This document shows, one piece after another, positions 28,880 to 41,198 of a DNA stretch of 64,000 bases. The stretch is from a bacterium UBP13_UBA5359. GTDB taxonomy: Bacteria; UBP13; UBA5359. The stretch lies in the NCBI GenBank assembly GCA_002410925.1, contig DHPR01000019.1, forward strand, positions 1 through 64,000, in the 5' to 3' direction. The notes under the pieces were generated by a model that did not search any database, had not been told where the DNA came from, and was given only the letters and a program-made list of their open reading frames with translations. The position numbers and the translations under genes are program-made. Each line of letters begins with the position of its first letter. Position 1 is the stretch's first letter.

Positions 28880-29989
28880 TTATCCTTTGCTGTTAGCCGC
28901 AACCGATCCCCTTATCATTAATTCCGTCGGCAAAACAAACTTGCCGATTTCATTGCGTTCATCTCGTATTATCTCCAGAAGCACCGTAGCCGCCTTCTTC
29001 CCCAGTTCATATTTGGGCTGAGCAATAGTAGTAAGAGGCGGTGTTAAAACCGAAGAGGTGGAGAGATCATCAAAGCCTACGATAGATATTTCCTGTGGAA
29101 TCGATAATCCTATCTGCTTAACGGCTCTGTAGACATCAAGAGCAACCAGATCATTAGAAGCCACCACTGCACTGATTTTGTTGCGGTTCAGAAAATTCTT
29201 GACGGTATCCACCCGCTGCTCCTCCGGTATATCCATTATATAGCTTCCTTCCGGAATCAATTTTGCCGTCGGAATCTCCGTATACTTGAGGCCGTTATCT
29301 CTTAAAGCATCTTTATATCCTTCTATTCTATCTCTTATCGGAGTTATATTGCGTTCGGGGGTAATTATCAATCCTATTCTTCTATGGCCCTGCCGGATCA
29401 GATATGAAACAGCCTCGTATGCACCGCTATAATTGTCGGAAACAACATAATCCGTTTCTAATTGCGGCAGATATCTATCAATAAGTATAAATGGAAAAGC
29501 ACTGCTTTTGAGCTCGCTAATCGCTTTGTAACTCTTTTCTGCTTCACAGGGAAGAATAATCAGCCCCTCCACTCCTTTTTTCCGTAATCTGTTAATGTTA
29601 TCTCTCTCTTTAACCGGGTTATTGCCGGAATTACAAAAGATCAGCGTATAATTATTCGAGTATAGAACGTGCTCAACACCGAGTGTTATTTCTACCTCAA
29701 AAGGGCCTTTCGTATAGGGAAGTATCAGGCCAATGAATTTAGTCTTTTTAGGCTGGTATCTATCAGCCACAAAAGTACCCACCCCTTTTTCCCTATAGAG
29801 TATTCCTTCATTTATTAATTCGGAAATAGCATGCCGTATAGTCGGCCTGGAAATACCGAATCTGGCGACTAATTCGTTCTCGCTGGGAATTTTACTCCCG
29901 GGTGTTATATTATCCGTCTTCAGCATATTGAGCAATATGCTCTTCAATTGAGCATATCTCGGTATCAAAGAATTTTTATCTATTTTCAT
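28880..29989 (-). CDS. GntR-HTH / LacI-type sugar-binding transcriptional regulator (AraR-like)
   Basis: IPSENELVARFGISRPTIRHAI..GVGTFV; VVSDNYSG, GHRRIG, SIVGFDD, PPLTTIAQP. Confidence 0.95.
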   Translation of the reverse strand: MKIDKNSLIPRYAQLKSILLNMLKTDNITPGSKIPSENELVARFGISRPTIRHAISELINEGILYREKGVGTFVADRYQPKKTKFIGLILPYTKGPFEVEITLGVEHVLYSNNYTLIFCNSGNNPVKERDNINRLRKKGVEGLIILPCEAEKSYKAISELKSSAFPFILIDRYLPQLETDYVVSDNYSGAYEAVSYLIRQGHRRIGLIITPERNITPIRDRIEGYKDALRDNGLKYTEIPTAKLIPEGSYIMDIPEEQRVDTVKNFLNRNKISAVVASNDLVALDVYRAVKQIGLSIPQEISIVGFDDLSTSSVLTPPLTTIAQPKYELGKKAATVLLEIIRDERNEIGKFVLPTELMIRGSVAANSKG

Positions 29990-30015
29990 CCTAATTTATC
30001 ACCAATTTCTTTGGC

Positions 30016-30077
30016 TTGTGAAGTTGTAATTACAACTTCACAAATATAATATTCGATATATCTTAAGAATATCCTTC
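30016..30077 (-). promoter_or_regulatory. Perfect 28-bp palindrome (30016-30043, core GTTGTAATTACAAC) and sigma-H-like promoter GAAGGATAT-N11-ATCGAAT (30051-30077)
   Basis: Read directly. The operator core is 14 nt downstream of the -10, as at 27967. Confidence 0.7.
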
Positions 30078-30204
30078 AAAGAGATGCTTCTCACCTTTGT
30101 AATCTATAAATACCAACCTGGTATTGCTTTCAAGCGGACCTCAATTCTCAAACAATCAGTTCGTACTCTTGGCTTCCTTAACCTGCAAACGTGCCCGGAT
30201 ACTG

Positions 30205-32217
<2,013 letters not shown>

Positions 32218-34428
32218 CTATCCCTCCAGCTTCTCCAGCGGTGCCATTGAGACCCTCAACTGCTTTACACCCACCTCCGGGAACGCTACACTTATCTTCA
32301 ACCTCTCACCGCTACCTATGGTGGCCATTACAATGCCTTCGCCCCACATGGCATGACGCACCTTGTCACCAGTGCGATAAGCGGCATCGATATAAGGCTC
32401 TGCATGGCGAGGAGATCGGGCAACAGCAGATGATGACCGTCCACCGGCTTGGCGTCCATAATCCGGACTAAAAGCACCGCAAACGGGTGTTTCGCTGAAC
32501 ATGAAATCACTGCCGCTACCTTGACGAGATAGCATATCGGCCGGGATATCCTCCAGAAAGCGTGATGGTTTATTGCTATTCACCGAGCCGTAGATCATAC
32601 GCCGCCAGGCATGCGTCAGATATATCTGCTCTTTGGCCCGGGTCAGCCCGACATAGCAAAGACGGCGCTCCTCTTCCATTTCGGAGTTATCCAGCAATGA
32701 CCGGTTATGAGGGAAGAGCCCTTCCTCCATACCAACCATGAAGACAACGGGAAACTCCAGCCCCTTGGCCGAATGCAACGTCATCAAAGTTACGGCTCTG
32801 GTCTCTTCCGGCAGATTATCGATGTCGGCCACCAAGGCCACCTGCTCTAAAAAGGCGGCCAGAGTACCATGCTCACCATCAATAATAAATTCGCGGGCCA
32901 CGGTCAGAAGCTCCTTAATATTCTCCAGGCGTCCCTCAGCCTCTATGGTCCCCTCTTCTCGCAGCATACGAGCATAGCCACTGCGGTCCAGCACTTCGGC
33001 GATGATATCTCCCACCAGCATCTTCTCTCGGCGTGACCCCAAACCGGCTAACAGATTATACAGCTCCTGTAAGGCCGCAGAGGCTTTACGTGATAAGCCC
33101 TCTAGCTCCTCTGTCCGGCCCACGGCTTCCAGCAAAGAGATGCCCTCTGCTTCAGCCAGGCGCTCCAGCCTGGTCAAACTGGCCGGGCCCACGCCGCGGC
33201 CGGGAACATTGATGATACGCCTCAAGCTAACAGCATCAGCAGGGTTCTCTATTACCCGCAGATAGGCCATAATGTCCTTGATCTCCTTACGCTCGTAAAA
33301 ACGGAGGCCTCCCACAATAACATAAGGTATATCGAGACGTACCAGCGCCTCTTCCAACGCTCTTGACTGAGCGTTGGTACGATAGAGAACAGCAAAATCG
33401 CTCAATGAGCGCCCTTCATCCTCCACCAGCCGGATTACCTCCCTGGCTATGAAAAAGGCTTCGTCCTCCTCGTTCATAGCTTCGTAAAGCACCAGTTCCT
33501 TACCAGCCTCATTCTCTGTCCATAATTTCTTGGCGTGGCGCCCGGAGTTATAAGAGATGACCGCATGCGCAGCCGACAGAATATTGCCGGTGGAGCGGTA
33601 ATTCTGCTCCAGCTTGACAATTCCGGCCTCTGGAAAGTCCTTTTCAAAACGCAGAATGATGCCCACATCGGCACCGCGCCAGCCATAGATGCTTTGATCA
33701 TCATCGCCTACGGCTGTCAGCCGGCGATGCGATTGCGCCAGCAACTTGATCAGCGTATACTGTGCCTTGTTGATATCCTGATACTCATCCACTAGAATAT
33801 GGCGAAAACGCTCCTTATAGCAGCGAGCCGTCTCAGGATCCTCTTGCAGCAAACGTACAGCGTTAAGAATAAGATCATCAAAATCCATGGCCTTTTGATT
33901 GATCAATGCTGCTTGATAGTGCTTATATATCCGGGCCACCACTTCCTGGAAGTAGCCGATGGGACGGTAGCGCTCCGGGGTGATCAACTCGTTTTTGGCC
34001 TGGCTGATATGGTAGAGCACGGCCTGCGGCGTATGCTGCTTGCCGTCGATATTGAGTTCCTTCATGATGGAACGCATCAAAACAAGCTGATCACCGGCAT
34101 CGTAAATAGTGAAACGCGGGTCTCCTCCCAGCCTCTGCCAGTCCTGTCGTAACAAGCGAGCGCAGGTGGAGTGCAGTGTTCCGGCTCGGATATCCCGCCT
34201 GCCGGTAAGGCTTTCTATACGGCTCTTCATCTCATCGGCCGCCTTATTTGTAAAGGTCAGTGCCATAATGGCGTGCGGATCCACACTCATCTCCCGGATA
34301 AGCCAGGCCACCCGGTAGGTTAGAACTCTGGTCTTTCCGGATCCGGCTCCGGCCAGAACCAGCAGCGGATTTTCAGGATAGGTAACAGCCTTCTTTTGTG
34401 CATCGTTCAGTGTATCAAGCCAGCTCAA
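32218..34428 (-). CDS. pcrA: ATP-dependent DNA helicase PcrA/UvrD
   Basis: AGAGSGKT, VDEYQD, QNYRST, HSAKGLEF, EERRLCYV, C-terminal Tudor domain. Confidence 0.96.
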   Translation of the reverse strand: MSWLDTLNDAQKKAVTYPENPLLVLAGAGSGKTRVLTYRVAWLIREMSVDPHAIMALTFTNKAADEMKSRIESLTGRRDIRAGTLHSTCARLLRQDWQRLGGDPRFTIYDAGDQLVLMRSIMKELNIDGKQHTPQAVLYHISQAKNELITPERYRPIGYFQEVVARIYKHYQAALINQKAMDFDDLILNAVRLLQEDPETARCYKERFRHILVDEYQDINKAQYTLIKLLAQSHRRLTAVGDDDQSIYGWRGADVGIILRFEKDFPEAGIVKLEQNYRSTGNILSAAHAVISYNSGRHAKKLWTENEAGKELVLYEAMNEEDEAFFIAREVIRLVEDEGRSLSDFAVLYRTNAQSRALEEALVRLDIPYVIVGGLRFYERKEIKDIMAYLRVIENPADAVSLRRIINVPGRGVGPASLTRLERLAEAEGISLLEAVGRTEELEGLSRKASAALQELYNLLAGLGSRREKMLVGDIIAEVLDRSGYARMLREEGTIEAEGRLENIKELLTVAREFIIDGEHGTLAAFLEQVALVADIDNLPEETRAVTLMTLHSAKGLEFPVVFMVGMEEGLFPHNRSLLDNSEMEEERRLCYVGLTRAKEQIYLTHAWRRMIYGSVNSNKPSRFLEDIPADMLSRQGSGSDFMFSETPVCGAFSPDYGRQAGGRSSSAVARSPRHAEPYIDAAYRTGDKVRHAMWGEGIVMATIGSGERLKISVAFPEVGVKQLRVSMAPLEKLEG

Positions 34429-34530
34429 TAGTATTCTCCATCAGTGATATTTGCCGTCGGAGCGACGCCATAAGTATATCACGATGATGACCGATAGAAT
34501 AGTTTTAACGATAAAGAGTATATTTCCGGT

Positions 34531-34782
34531 TCAGAATCCGATACGCCGAACATTAATACCGGCAACAGCGCAGGCATGCTTCATTTCAGTACAAATATTA
34601 CTTTCGATAAACGAACAGTGGTTGCTCGCGACCACATCGATAAAGCAATCCATACCCAGGTTTAAATCCACAATCACATGGGACCAGACGGCTCCCCATT
34701 TCATACGCTCCAGCATCTCCCGCTTCACGTCCACAGCTTTGCCGGCACTCAGATACATAACGTATTTTCTCCGGCTATGCAT
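34531..34782 (-). CDS. Hypothetical protein (uncertain)
   Basis: 83-aa ORF filling the gap between pcrA and polX; no recognised motif. Confidence 0.25.
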   Translation of the reverse strand: MHSRRKYVMYLSAGKAVDVKREMLERMKWGAVWSHVIVDLNLGMDCFIDVVASNHCSFIESNICTEMKHACAVAGINVRRIGF

Positions 34783-35017
34783 TCCAATCTCGCCACAGCC
34801 ATTTCGACGGTATGTCCCAGATAGCCTATCCGCCGGCTTTGCCCTGGCACTGAGGCACTATTCTCACTCCGGGAAGAGCCTTCGCCGGAACGGATGAATT
34901 ACGAGCATAGCAGATGGAAGCATTGCCGCAATTGGCTCTGGCCGGATGATGCCAACCGAATTACTCTGGGTATAATTTCCCTGAAAGATTAAATTCGTTT
35001 ACCGCGGGTGATCCGAT

Positions 35018-36745
35018 ATGAATAACGAGCAAGTGGCCGAAGTTCTGAACGATATTGCCGAAATACTGGAGATCAAGGGCGAAAGCAAGTACCGTATCCG
35101 TGCATATCAACAGGCTGCCCGGTCCATCGAATTCATGCCGGAAGATGTCAATCAAGTTTATCGCGAGGGACACCTGGATGATATTCCCTACATCGGTAAA
35201 AGTATTGCGGCAAAGGTCGCAGATGTTCTGGAACATGGATACTCTTCATACCTTGAAGAGCTGGAAGAGAGTATTCCTCCATGTATAGAGAGCCTGCTAC
35301 AGATACCCGGCATAGGTCCTAAAACAGCTGTACGCCTTTATCAGGAGTTGGGCATAGACAACATAGAATCTCTGCGCGTTGCCGCCGAGGAACAGCGCAT
35401 TCGGCAACTCAGGGGTATGGGCAAAAAAACTGAAGAGAATATTCTCAAAGGTATAAAATGGTTGCAGGGAAAGAGTCCGCGTCTGCCTCTGGGAGTAGCG
35501 GCAATTCTGGTAGAGCGTATTCTGGAGCAGCTCCGGCGCGATCCCTTTGTCTGCAACCTGGTGGTAGTAGGCAGCTACCGCCGCATGAAGCCGACGGTTG
35601 GAGATATAGATATCATGGGCACCTCGGATCGCCCGGAGACGGTCATAGACCTCTTCACTGCCCTGCCGGATGTCGACAGAATCATGGCCAAAGGAAGAAC
35701 CAAGGCCACCGTCCTGGCGGAGAACGGATTGCAGATAGACCTGCGAATCGTGCCGCATGAGAGCCTGGGTTCTCTGTTGCAACACTTCACCGGCTCAAAA
35801 GAACATAATGTTCAGCTCAGAGAGTATGCACTCTCCAAAGGATTCAGCGTAAGTGAATACGGTATCACCAATATCAAAACCGGCTGGCGCATACCTTGTG
35901 CCACCGAAGAGCAGGTCTACTCCATCCTCGAACTGCCCTATATTCCGCCGGAGATACGTCAGGGCTCCGGTGAAATAGAGGCTGCCGTTGCCGGTAAGCT
36001 TCCGGTGCCGGTTACACAGCAGGATATATGCGGCGATTTGCACACTCATTCAAATTGGAGTGACGGGCGTAGTTCCCTGGCGGAGATGGCGCTGGCTGCC
36101 AGAGAGAAAGGCTATAGATACCTGGCCGTCACCGACCATTCCCCGGGACTCGGCATAGCCCACGGACTGTCACCGGAGAGATTACGCCTGCAATGGCGTG
36201 AGATTGATGATCTCAACAATCGCCTTAAAGGTATTACACTGCTTAAGGGCAGTGAGGTGGATATCCGGGCCGACGGCAGCCTGGACCTGCCGGATAAGCT
36301 TCTTAAGGAGTTGGATATAGTTCTGGGAGCTATCCATTCCGGCATGAGAGAATCCGGCGATCTTATCACAGAGAGAGTCATACGAGCTATGCGCAACCCG
36401 TATTTGAACATACTTGCTCACCCTACAGGACGCCTCATCGGCAGCCGTGAACCCTATGATATAGATATGGAAAAGATTATCAAAGCAGCTGCAGACCTAA
36501 AGGTAATTCTGGAAATAGACGGCACGCCTGACCGCCTGGATCTGGATGGAAGGCATGCCCGAAGAGCAAAAGAGCTGAATGCCAAAATAGCCATCAGTTC
36601 CGATGCCCACCAGGTATCCGGATTGAATAATATGCGTTTTGGCGTAGGCACAGCCAGACGAGGCTGGCTGGAAAAGAGAGATGTCGTCAACAGTTGGAAG
36701 CTGAAAGAATTACAGACATTTTTAAATCAACATAGAGGGAAATAA
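35018..36745 (+). CDS. polX: DNA polymerase X family with PHP 3'-5' exonuclease domain
   Basis: GSYRR..GDIDI, QIDLR, HFTGSKEHN; DLHTHS, TDH, AHPTGR, SDAH. Confidence 0.96.
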   Translation: MNNEQVAEVLNDIAEILEIKGESKYRIRAYQQAARSIEFMPEDVNQVYREGHLDDIPYIGKSIAAKVADVLEHGYSSYLEELEESIPPCIESLLQIPGIGPKTAVRLYQELGIDNIESLRVAAEEQRIRQLRGMGKKTEENILKGIKWLQGKSPRLPLGVAAILVERILEQLRRDPFVCNLVVVGSYRRMKPTVGDIDIMGTSDRPETVIDLFTALPDVDRIMAKGRTKATVLAENGLQIDLRIVPHESLGSLLQHFTGSKEHNVQLREYALSKGFSVSEYGITNIKTGWRIPCATEEQVYSILELPYIPPEIRQGSGEIEAAVAGKLPVPVTQQDICGDLHTHSNWSDGRSSLAEMALAAREKGYRYLAVTDHSPGLGIAHGLSPERLRLQWREIDDLNNRLKGITLLKGSEVDIRADGSLDLPDKLLKELDIVLGAIHSGMRESGDLITERVIRAMRNPYLNILAHPTGRLIGSREPYDIDMEKIIKAAADLKVILEIDGTPDRLDLDGRHARRAKELNAKIAISSDAHQVSGLNNMRFGVGTARRGWLEKRDVVNSWKLKELQTFLNQHRGK

Positions 36746-36776
36746 GGCTTACCTGTACCGGAGGATGAAAAGATCT

Positions 36777-37151
36777 TTATTTATCTGTCCCTTCCGATGT
36801 GTCGTCATCCGTTGTTAATTGAATGTTATGCTTATGCAGAAACCGGTGTACGACGGGAGCAAAGAGAATACCGGCGATAACCAGAAAGATTACGCCGGAA
36901 AAGAGTGCATAAGCAGCGGCAAAAACCTTTCCTGCAGATGTATTAAGGAGATTGACCGGTCCCATGCCGCCCAGGATCATGGCGGCGTTCAATATGGCGT
37001 CCAGCCACGGCTGTCCTTCAAAAAAGTGATAGCCAAGAACCCCCGCCAGCAGCGATCCTGCTATGATGCCGGCGGCCACAGCAACGTGATATAGCAGACG
37101 AAGATAGTATTTAGCCTTTGGCAGCAAGGGTTCTTTGAAGGCTTCAAACAT
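36777..37151 (-). CDS. Small two-TM membrane protein, potassium-channel-pore-like
   Basis: TM-GYHFFE..WLDAILNAAMILGGMGP..AGKVFAAAY-TM. Confidence 0.65.
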   Translation of the reverse strand: MFEAFKEPLLPKAKYYLRLLYHVAVAAGIIAGSLLAGVLGYHFFEGQPWLDAILNAAMILGGMGPVNLLNTSAGKVFAAAYALFSGVIFLVIAGILFAPVVHRFLHKHNIQLTTDDDTSEGTDK

Positions 37152-37267
37152 AGTTATCCCTCTTACTACTTGGCAGGCGTATCCGGGCCACGATAATCCC
37201 GGTGCCAAAAGAGATTGACGATCGTTTCGCGCATGCCGGCACTGAGTCCGTTTCACAGCTTATATTC

Positions 37268-37909
37268 TTAGAACCTCAACGTATAGCCGGCAGATAGACC
37301 CAGATCTTTGTCGTTCAGCAAATCGAAAACGGCCAGATCAATATTCAGAGGTATCAGAGATGCTTGAAAACGCAGCCCCAGATTAATATTCTCGTTCTGC
37401 TCCACTACCGCCTGTATACGAGGAAAGACCGGCACGGTCGCTCCGGCGATGAGACGTGAATCGCTGCCGGAAAGGGCTAATCCGGCAGTCAGTGTAGTCT
37501 TGGCCAAAGATATGGGCTGAGTGGCCACAGCATAGAATTCGGCATTGACATCTCTGGCAGAGGTCAGGTTTTTCACACCCAGCGCTACAGCGGGTGTAAC
37601 AGGCGAAGCGCCCAGAAGGAGATACTTGGCATTAACCCAAGTGCTGTTATCACCATTTTCAGGATCGAAGAAAGCAATGCCTGCCTCCAGGCGATTGACG
37701 GCACCATAATTGATAACACCTGCCGCTATGCCGTCATTTATATCTCTATAGTTAACGCCAAAAGAGAAATCACCCGTTCCCACAACTTCAGCCGTAGGAA
37801 TGGTAAATAGTCCGGTAGGACCGTCGAAACTGGGTGCAGCCGATGCTACTCCCGCCAAGAAGGTTAAGGTTACAAGGGCCAACGTTAGAGTTCTAAACAT
37901 AATTCGCAC
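37268..37909 (-). CDS. Secreted outer-membrane beta-barrel-like protein (YjbH-like)
   Basis: Signal peptide, GPTGLFTIPTAEV, amphipathic strands, terminal YTLRF. Confidence 0.65.
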   Translation of the reverse strand: MRIMFRTLTLALVTLTFLAGVASAAPSFDGPTGLFTIPTAEVVGTGDFSFGVNYRDINDGIAAGVINYGAVNRLEAGIAFFDPENGDNSTWVNAKYLLLGASPVTPAVALGVKNLTSARDVNAEFYAVATQPISLAKTTLTAGLALSGSDSRLIAGATVPVFPRIQAVVEQNENINLGLRFQASLIPLNIDLAVFDLLNDKDLGLSAGYTLRF

Positions 37910-37945
37910 CTCCGCATTTTAGCAACTATTCAGCTTTTTAGCTTT

Positions 37946-38572
37946 TCATATTACTATTACCCTATTCATCTCTCTCTTCAGCCGTCCCTCGGCAAAGAGA
38001 TTTACCACCTTAGGGTAGAGAGCATGTTCCGCTTTAAGAACTCTGGCTCCCAAGCTTTCCGGCGTATCATCATCCATTACCTCTACTATGGACTGGGCGA
38101 TAATAGGGCCGGCATCAGTTTCAGCGGTGACAAAGTGAGCTGTGCAGCCGCTAAACTTAACCCCGGCCTTCAGCACCGCTTTATGCACTCTGGAGCCGTA
38201 AAAACCGACTCCTCCAAAGGCCGGCAGCAGAGCCGGATGAGCATTTATTAAACGACCATCGTAATGCTCCACAAAGAACGGTGTCAGCACTCTGAGAAAA
38301 CCGGCCATAAATACAAGCTCTACACCGTAAGCATCCAATTCATCTATCATGCGACGCTCGAAGCTCTCTCGGTCAGAGTAGTCGCGGTTATTTATCAGCA
38401 CTGCCGGTATACCGTTCTGCCCGGCTCTTTCCAGGGCATAAGATTCAGGCCGATCGCTGATAACCACCGCTATCTCAGCCCCTAGTTCATTCCTAGCAGC
38501 GGCATCTATAAAGGATTGAAGGATGGTTCCTGATCCGGATACCAATACACCCAGCCGAATAAGCTTGTTCAT
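37946..38572 (-). CDS. purN: Phosphoribosylglycinamide formyltransferase
   Basis: [24 protein letters not shown]. Confidence 0.96.
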   Translation of the reverse strand: MNKLIRLGVLVSGSGTILQSFIDAAARNELGAEIAVVISDRPESYALERAGQNGIPAVLINNRDYSDRESFERRMIDELDAYGVELVFMAGFLRVLTPFFVEHYDGRLINAHPALLPAFGGVGFYGSRVHKAVLKAGVKFSGCTAHFVTAETDAGPIIAQSIVEVMDDDTPESLGARVLKAEHALYPKVVNLFAEGRLKREMNRVIVI

Positions 38573-39618
38573 GTGCCAAGAACCACACCCTCTCTACCGA
38601 TGCTTATCTCGCCTATCGCACAGGCATTCTCTCCCAGCTCCTGCAACCGCTCAATGGCAGAAGCGGCGCTCTCTTTACCGACTATTATAACAAATCCTAT
38701 CCCCATATTGAAGGTGCGGTACATCTCTATCTCTTCAATTCCGCCTCTTTGCTGCAGAAAATGAAAAAGGGGCGGCACAGGCCAGCTGCCCTTTTTTAGA
38801 ATAGCCTGCAATCCGGGTGAAAAGGAACGAGGGATATTTTCCAACAGGCCACCGCCGGTTATATGAGCCATGGCCTTGATTTTGACCTGGCGCATTAACT
38901 CAAGCACAGGAAGAACGTATATCCGTGTAGGAGCTATCAGTGCCTCTCCTACCGTCTGCCCAAGCGTATCCACATAATTGTCTGCCGAATATCCGCTAAG
39001 ATCAAATAAGACTTTTCGAGCCAGTGAATAGCCGTTGCTGTGCAGACCGGTAGAAGGCAAACCTATTAATATATCTCCTGAAGATACCGTGCTGCCATCA
39101 ATGATCTGATCACGCTCTGCCACACCTACGGCAAAGCCGGCTATATCATATTCATCATCCCTGTAGAAGCCGGGCATTTCGGCGGTTTCTCCGCCTATCA
39201 GAGCACAACCGGCCTGACGGCAACCTTCAGCCACCCCGTCGACGATATCGGCTACTCGATCCGGGTCCAGCTTACCCACCGCCAGATAATCCAGAAAGAA
39301 AAGCGGTTCGGCGCCCTGAACTAAAATATCATTGACGCACATGGCCACGGCATCTATGCCGATGGTGTTATGTATACCTGTCATAAAGGCAACCTGCAGC
39401 TTGGTCCCCACACCATCAGTGCCGGATACCAACACCGGTTGCCGATAGCGTTCCGGTACAGCAAAAAGGCCGCCGAATCCTCCGATGCCGGTCACCACTT
39501 CCGGCCGCCGGGTAGATTCCACTGCGGGCTTTATTCGACGCACCGCCTCATTCCCTGCTTCGATGTCCACCCCTGCATCTTTATATGTTAATTTTGGATT
39601 TTCTATCATCTTTTCCAA
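38569..39618 (-). CDS. purM: AIR synthase
   Basis: [35 protein letters not shown]. Confidence 0.98.
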   Translation of the reverse strand: MEKMIENPKLTYKDAGVDIEAGNEAVRRIKPAVESTRRPEVVTGIGGFGGLFAVPERYRQPVLVSGTDGVGTKLQVAFMTGIHNTIGIDAVAMCVNDILVQGAEPLFFLDYLAVGKLDPDRVADIVDGVAEGCRQAGCALIGGETAEMPGFYRDDEYDIAGFAVGVAERDQIIDGSTVSSGDILIGLPSTGLHSNGYSLARKVLFDLSGYSADNYVDTLGQTVGEALIAPTRIYVLPVLELMRQVKIKAMAHITGGGLLENIPRSFSPGLQAILKKGSWPVPPLFHFLQQRGGIEEIEMYRTFNMGIGFVIIVGKESAASAIERLQELGENACAIGEISIGREGVVLGT

Positions 39619-39710
39619 TCCTGTTCATCCTTCTCGGCAGCACATCAGCTCCAGGAGAGACTGCCTTCTTAACTCGCAAATAGCTCTCATGCTTTCAAAC
39701 GCTCTCTGTT

Positions 39711-41150
39711 CTACAGCCTCTTCTCACCATTATCCTTCTCCTGGCTTTCCATGATAAGCTTGCTGAGCCTGACCCTCTCAGGAACAGGTATAGGATAATC
39801 GCCGTTAAAGCAGGCTGTACAGAATTCATGCCTGGCACACCCTATTGCCGCCACCATGCCATCCATACTAAGATATACCAGGCTGTCAGCCCCTATCTCC
39901 TGCCTTATCTCTTCCACCTCTTTGGAGGAGGCGATCAGATCCTTACGTACGGCGGTATCGATGCCGTAGAAACAGGGAAACTTGATAGGCGGAGAGCTAA
40001 CGCGAACATGAACTTCGGTAGCCCCGGCCTCCTTCAACATCCTGACAATCTTACTGCTGGTGCTGCCCCTAACAATTGAATCATCCACCAGCACAATACG
40101 TTTACCCGCCAGCGCTTCATGCAGCGGCGTCAGCTTCATTTTAATACCCAAATCTCTAAGACGCTGGTCCGGCTGGATAAAGGTACGTCCGATATAGCGG
40201 TTCTTGATCAACCCCTCGCCAAAGGGTATGCGGGAAGCTTCGGCATAGCCGATAGCCGCCGGTGTACCGGAATCAGGCACAGGTATAACTATATCCGCCT
40301 CAGTAAAATGCTCCCTGGCCAATAATTGGCCCATACGGCGCCGGGCCAGATGCAACGACTGCCCATTGATATGGCTATCAGGCCGAGCCACATAGACAAA
40401 CTCAAAGATACACATGCTGGCCTGAGAAGATGTACCGACCTTGTAACTGCGTAAACCGGATTCGTCGATAAAAACAATCTCGCCGGGATCGATCTCACGT
40501 TCGAACGTAGCGCCCACTACATGCAAAGCACAGCTCTCGGAGGCCAGGACATAACCGGTACCGTTTATTCTGCCCAGACAGAGCGGCCGCACGCCGTAAG
40601 GATCGCGTACACCGATAAGAGCTTTTTCGGTCATCATTACCAGAGAATATGCCCCGACGACCTTACCCATCATGGCCGGAATAGCCTCTTCCAAGGCCAA
40701 TTCAGGCATATCGGCGAGTATCTTACCGGCAACCTCGCTATCGATGGTCGTTTCAAAGCTTGTCCCGGCAGCTTCCATTTCAGCCCGCAGAATAGAAGCA
40801 TTAATAATGCTGCCATTATGCCCTAAAACAAGCTGGCCGGCCGGCCTGTCTATCATCAGCGGTTGAGCATTAGCCAGCTTGCTGGAACCCATAGTAGAAT
40901 AGCGTACATGGCCGATGGCCATATGCCCTTTCATTCCATTCAGCATATCTTCTTTGAAAATCTGGGTAACAAGCCCCATATCCTTATGTAGCAAGATGCT
41001 CCTGCCATCTGCAACGGCTATTCCGGCACTCTCCTGCCCTCTATGTTGTAGCGCGAAAAGCCCGAAATATGTCATCTTTGCTACATCTGCGCCCGGAGAA
41101 TAAACCCCGAAAACGCCACACTCATCATGCCAGCCCTCTTTTAAATCCAT
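39711..41150 (-). CDS. purF: Amidophosphoribosyltransferase (propeptide and Fe-S type)
   Basis: E|CGVFG, QHRGQ, VDDSIVRG, PCFYGID, CTAC. Confidence 0.98.
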   Translation of the reverse strand: MDLKEGWHDECGVFGVYSPGADVAKMTYFGLFALQHRGQESAGIAVADGRSILLHKDMGLVTQIFKEDMLNGMKGHMAIGHVRYSTMGSSKLANAQPLMIDRPAGQLVLGHNGSIINASILRAEMEAAGTSFETTIDSEVAGKILADMPELALEEAIPAMMGKVVGAYSLVMMTEKALIGVRDPYGVRPLCLGRINGTGYVLASESCALHVVGATFEREIDPGEIVFIDESGLRSYKVGTSSQASMCIFEFVYVARPDSHINGQSLHLARRRMGQLLAREHFTEADIVIPVPDSGTPAAIGYAEASRIPFGEGLIKNRYIGRTFIQPDQRLRDLGIKMKLTPLHEALAGKRIVLVDDSIVRGSTSSKIVRMLKEAGATEVHVRVSSPPIKFPCFYGIDTAVRKDLIASSKEVEEIRQEIGADSLVYLSMDGMVAAIGCARHEFCTACFNGDYPIPVPERVRLSKLIMESQEKDNGEKRL

Positions 41151-41198
41151 AACTCCACCGTCACTCCGGCTACCGCCATGCGCCCGGATATCGGCCTA

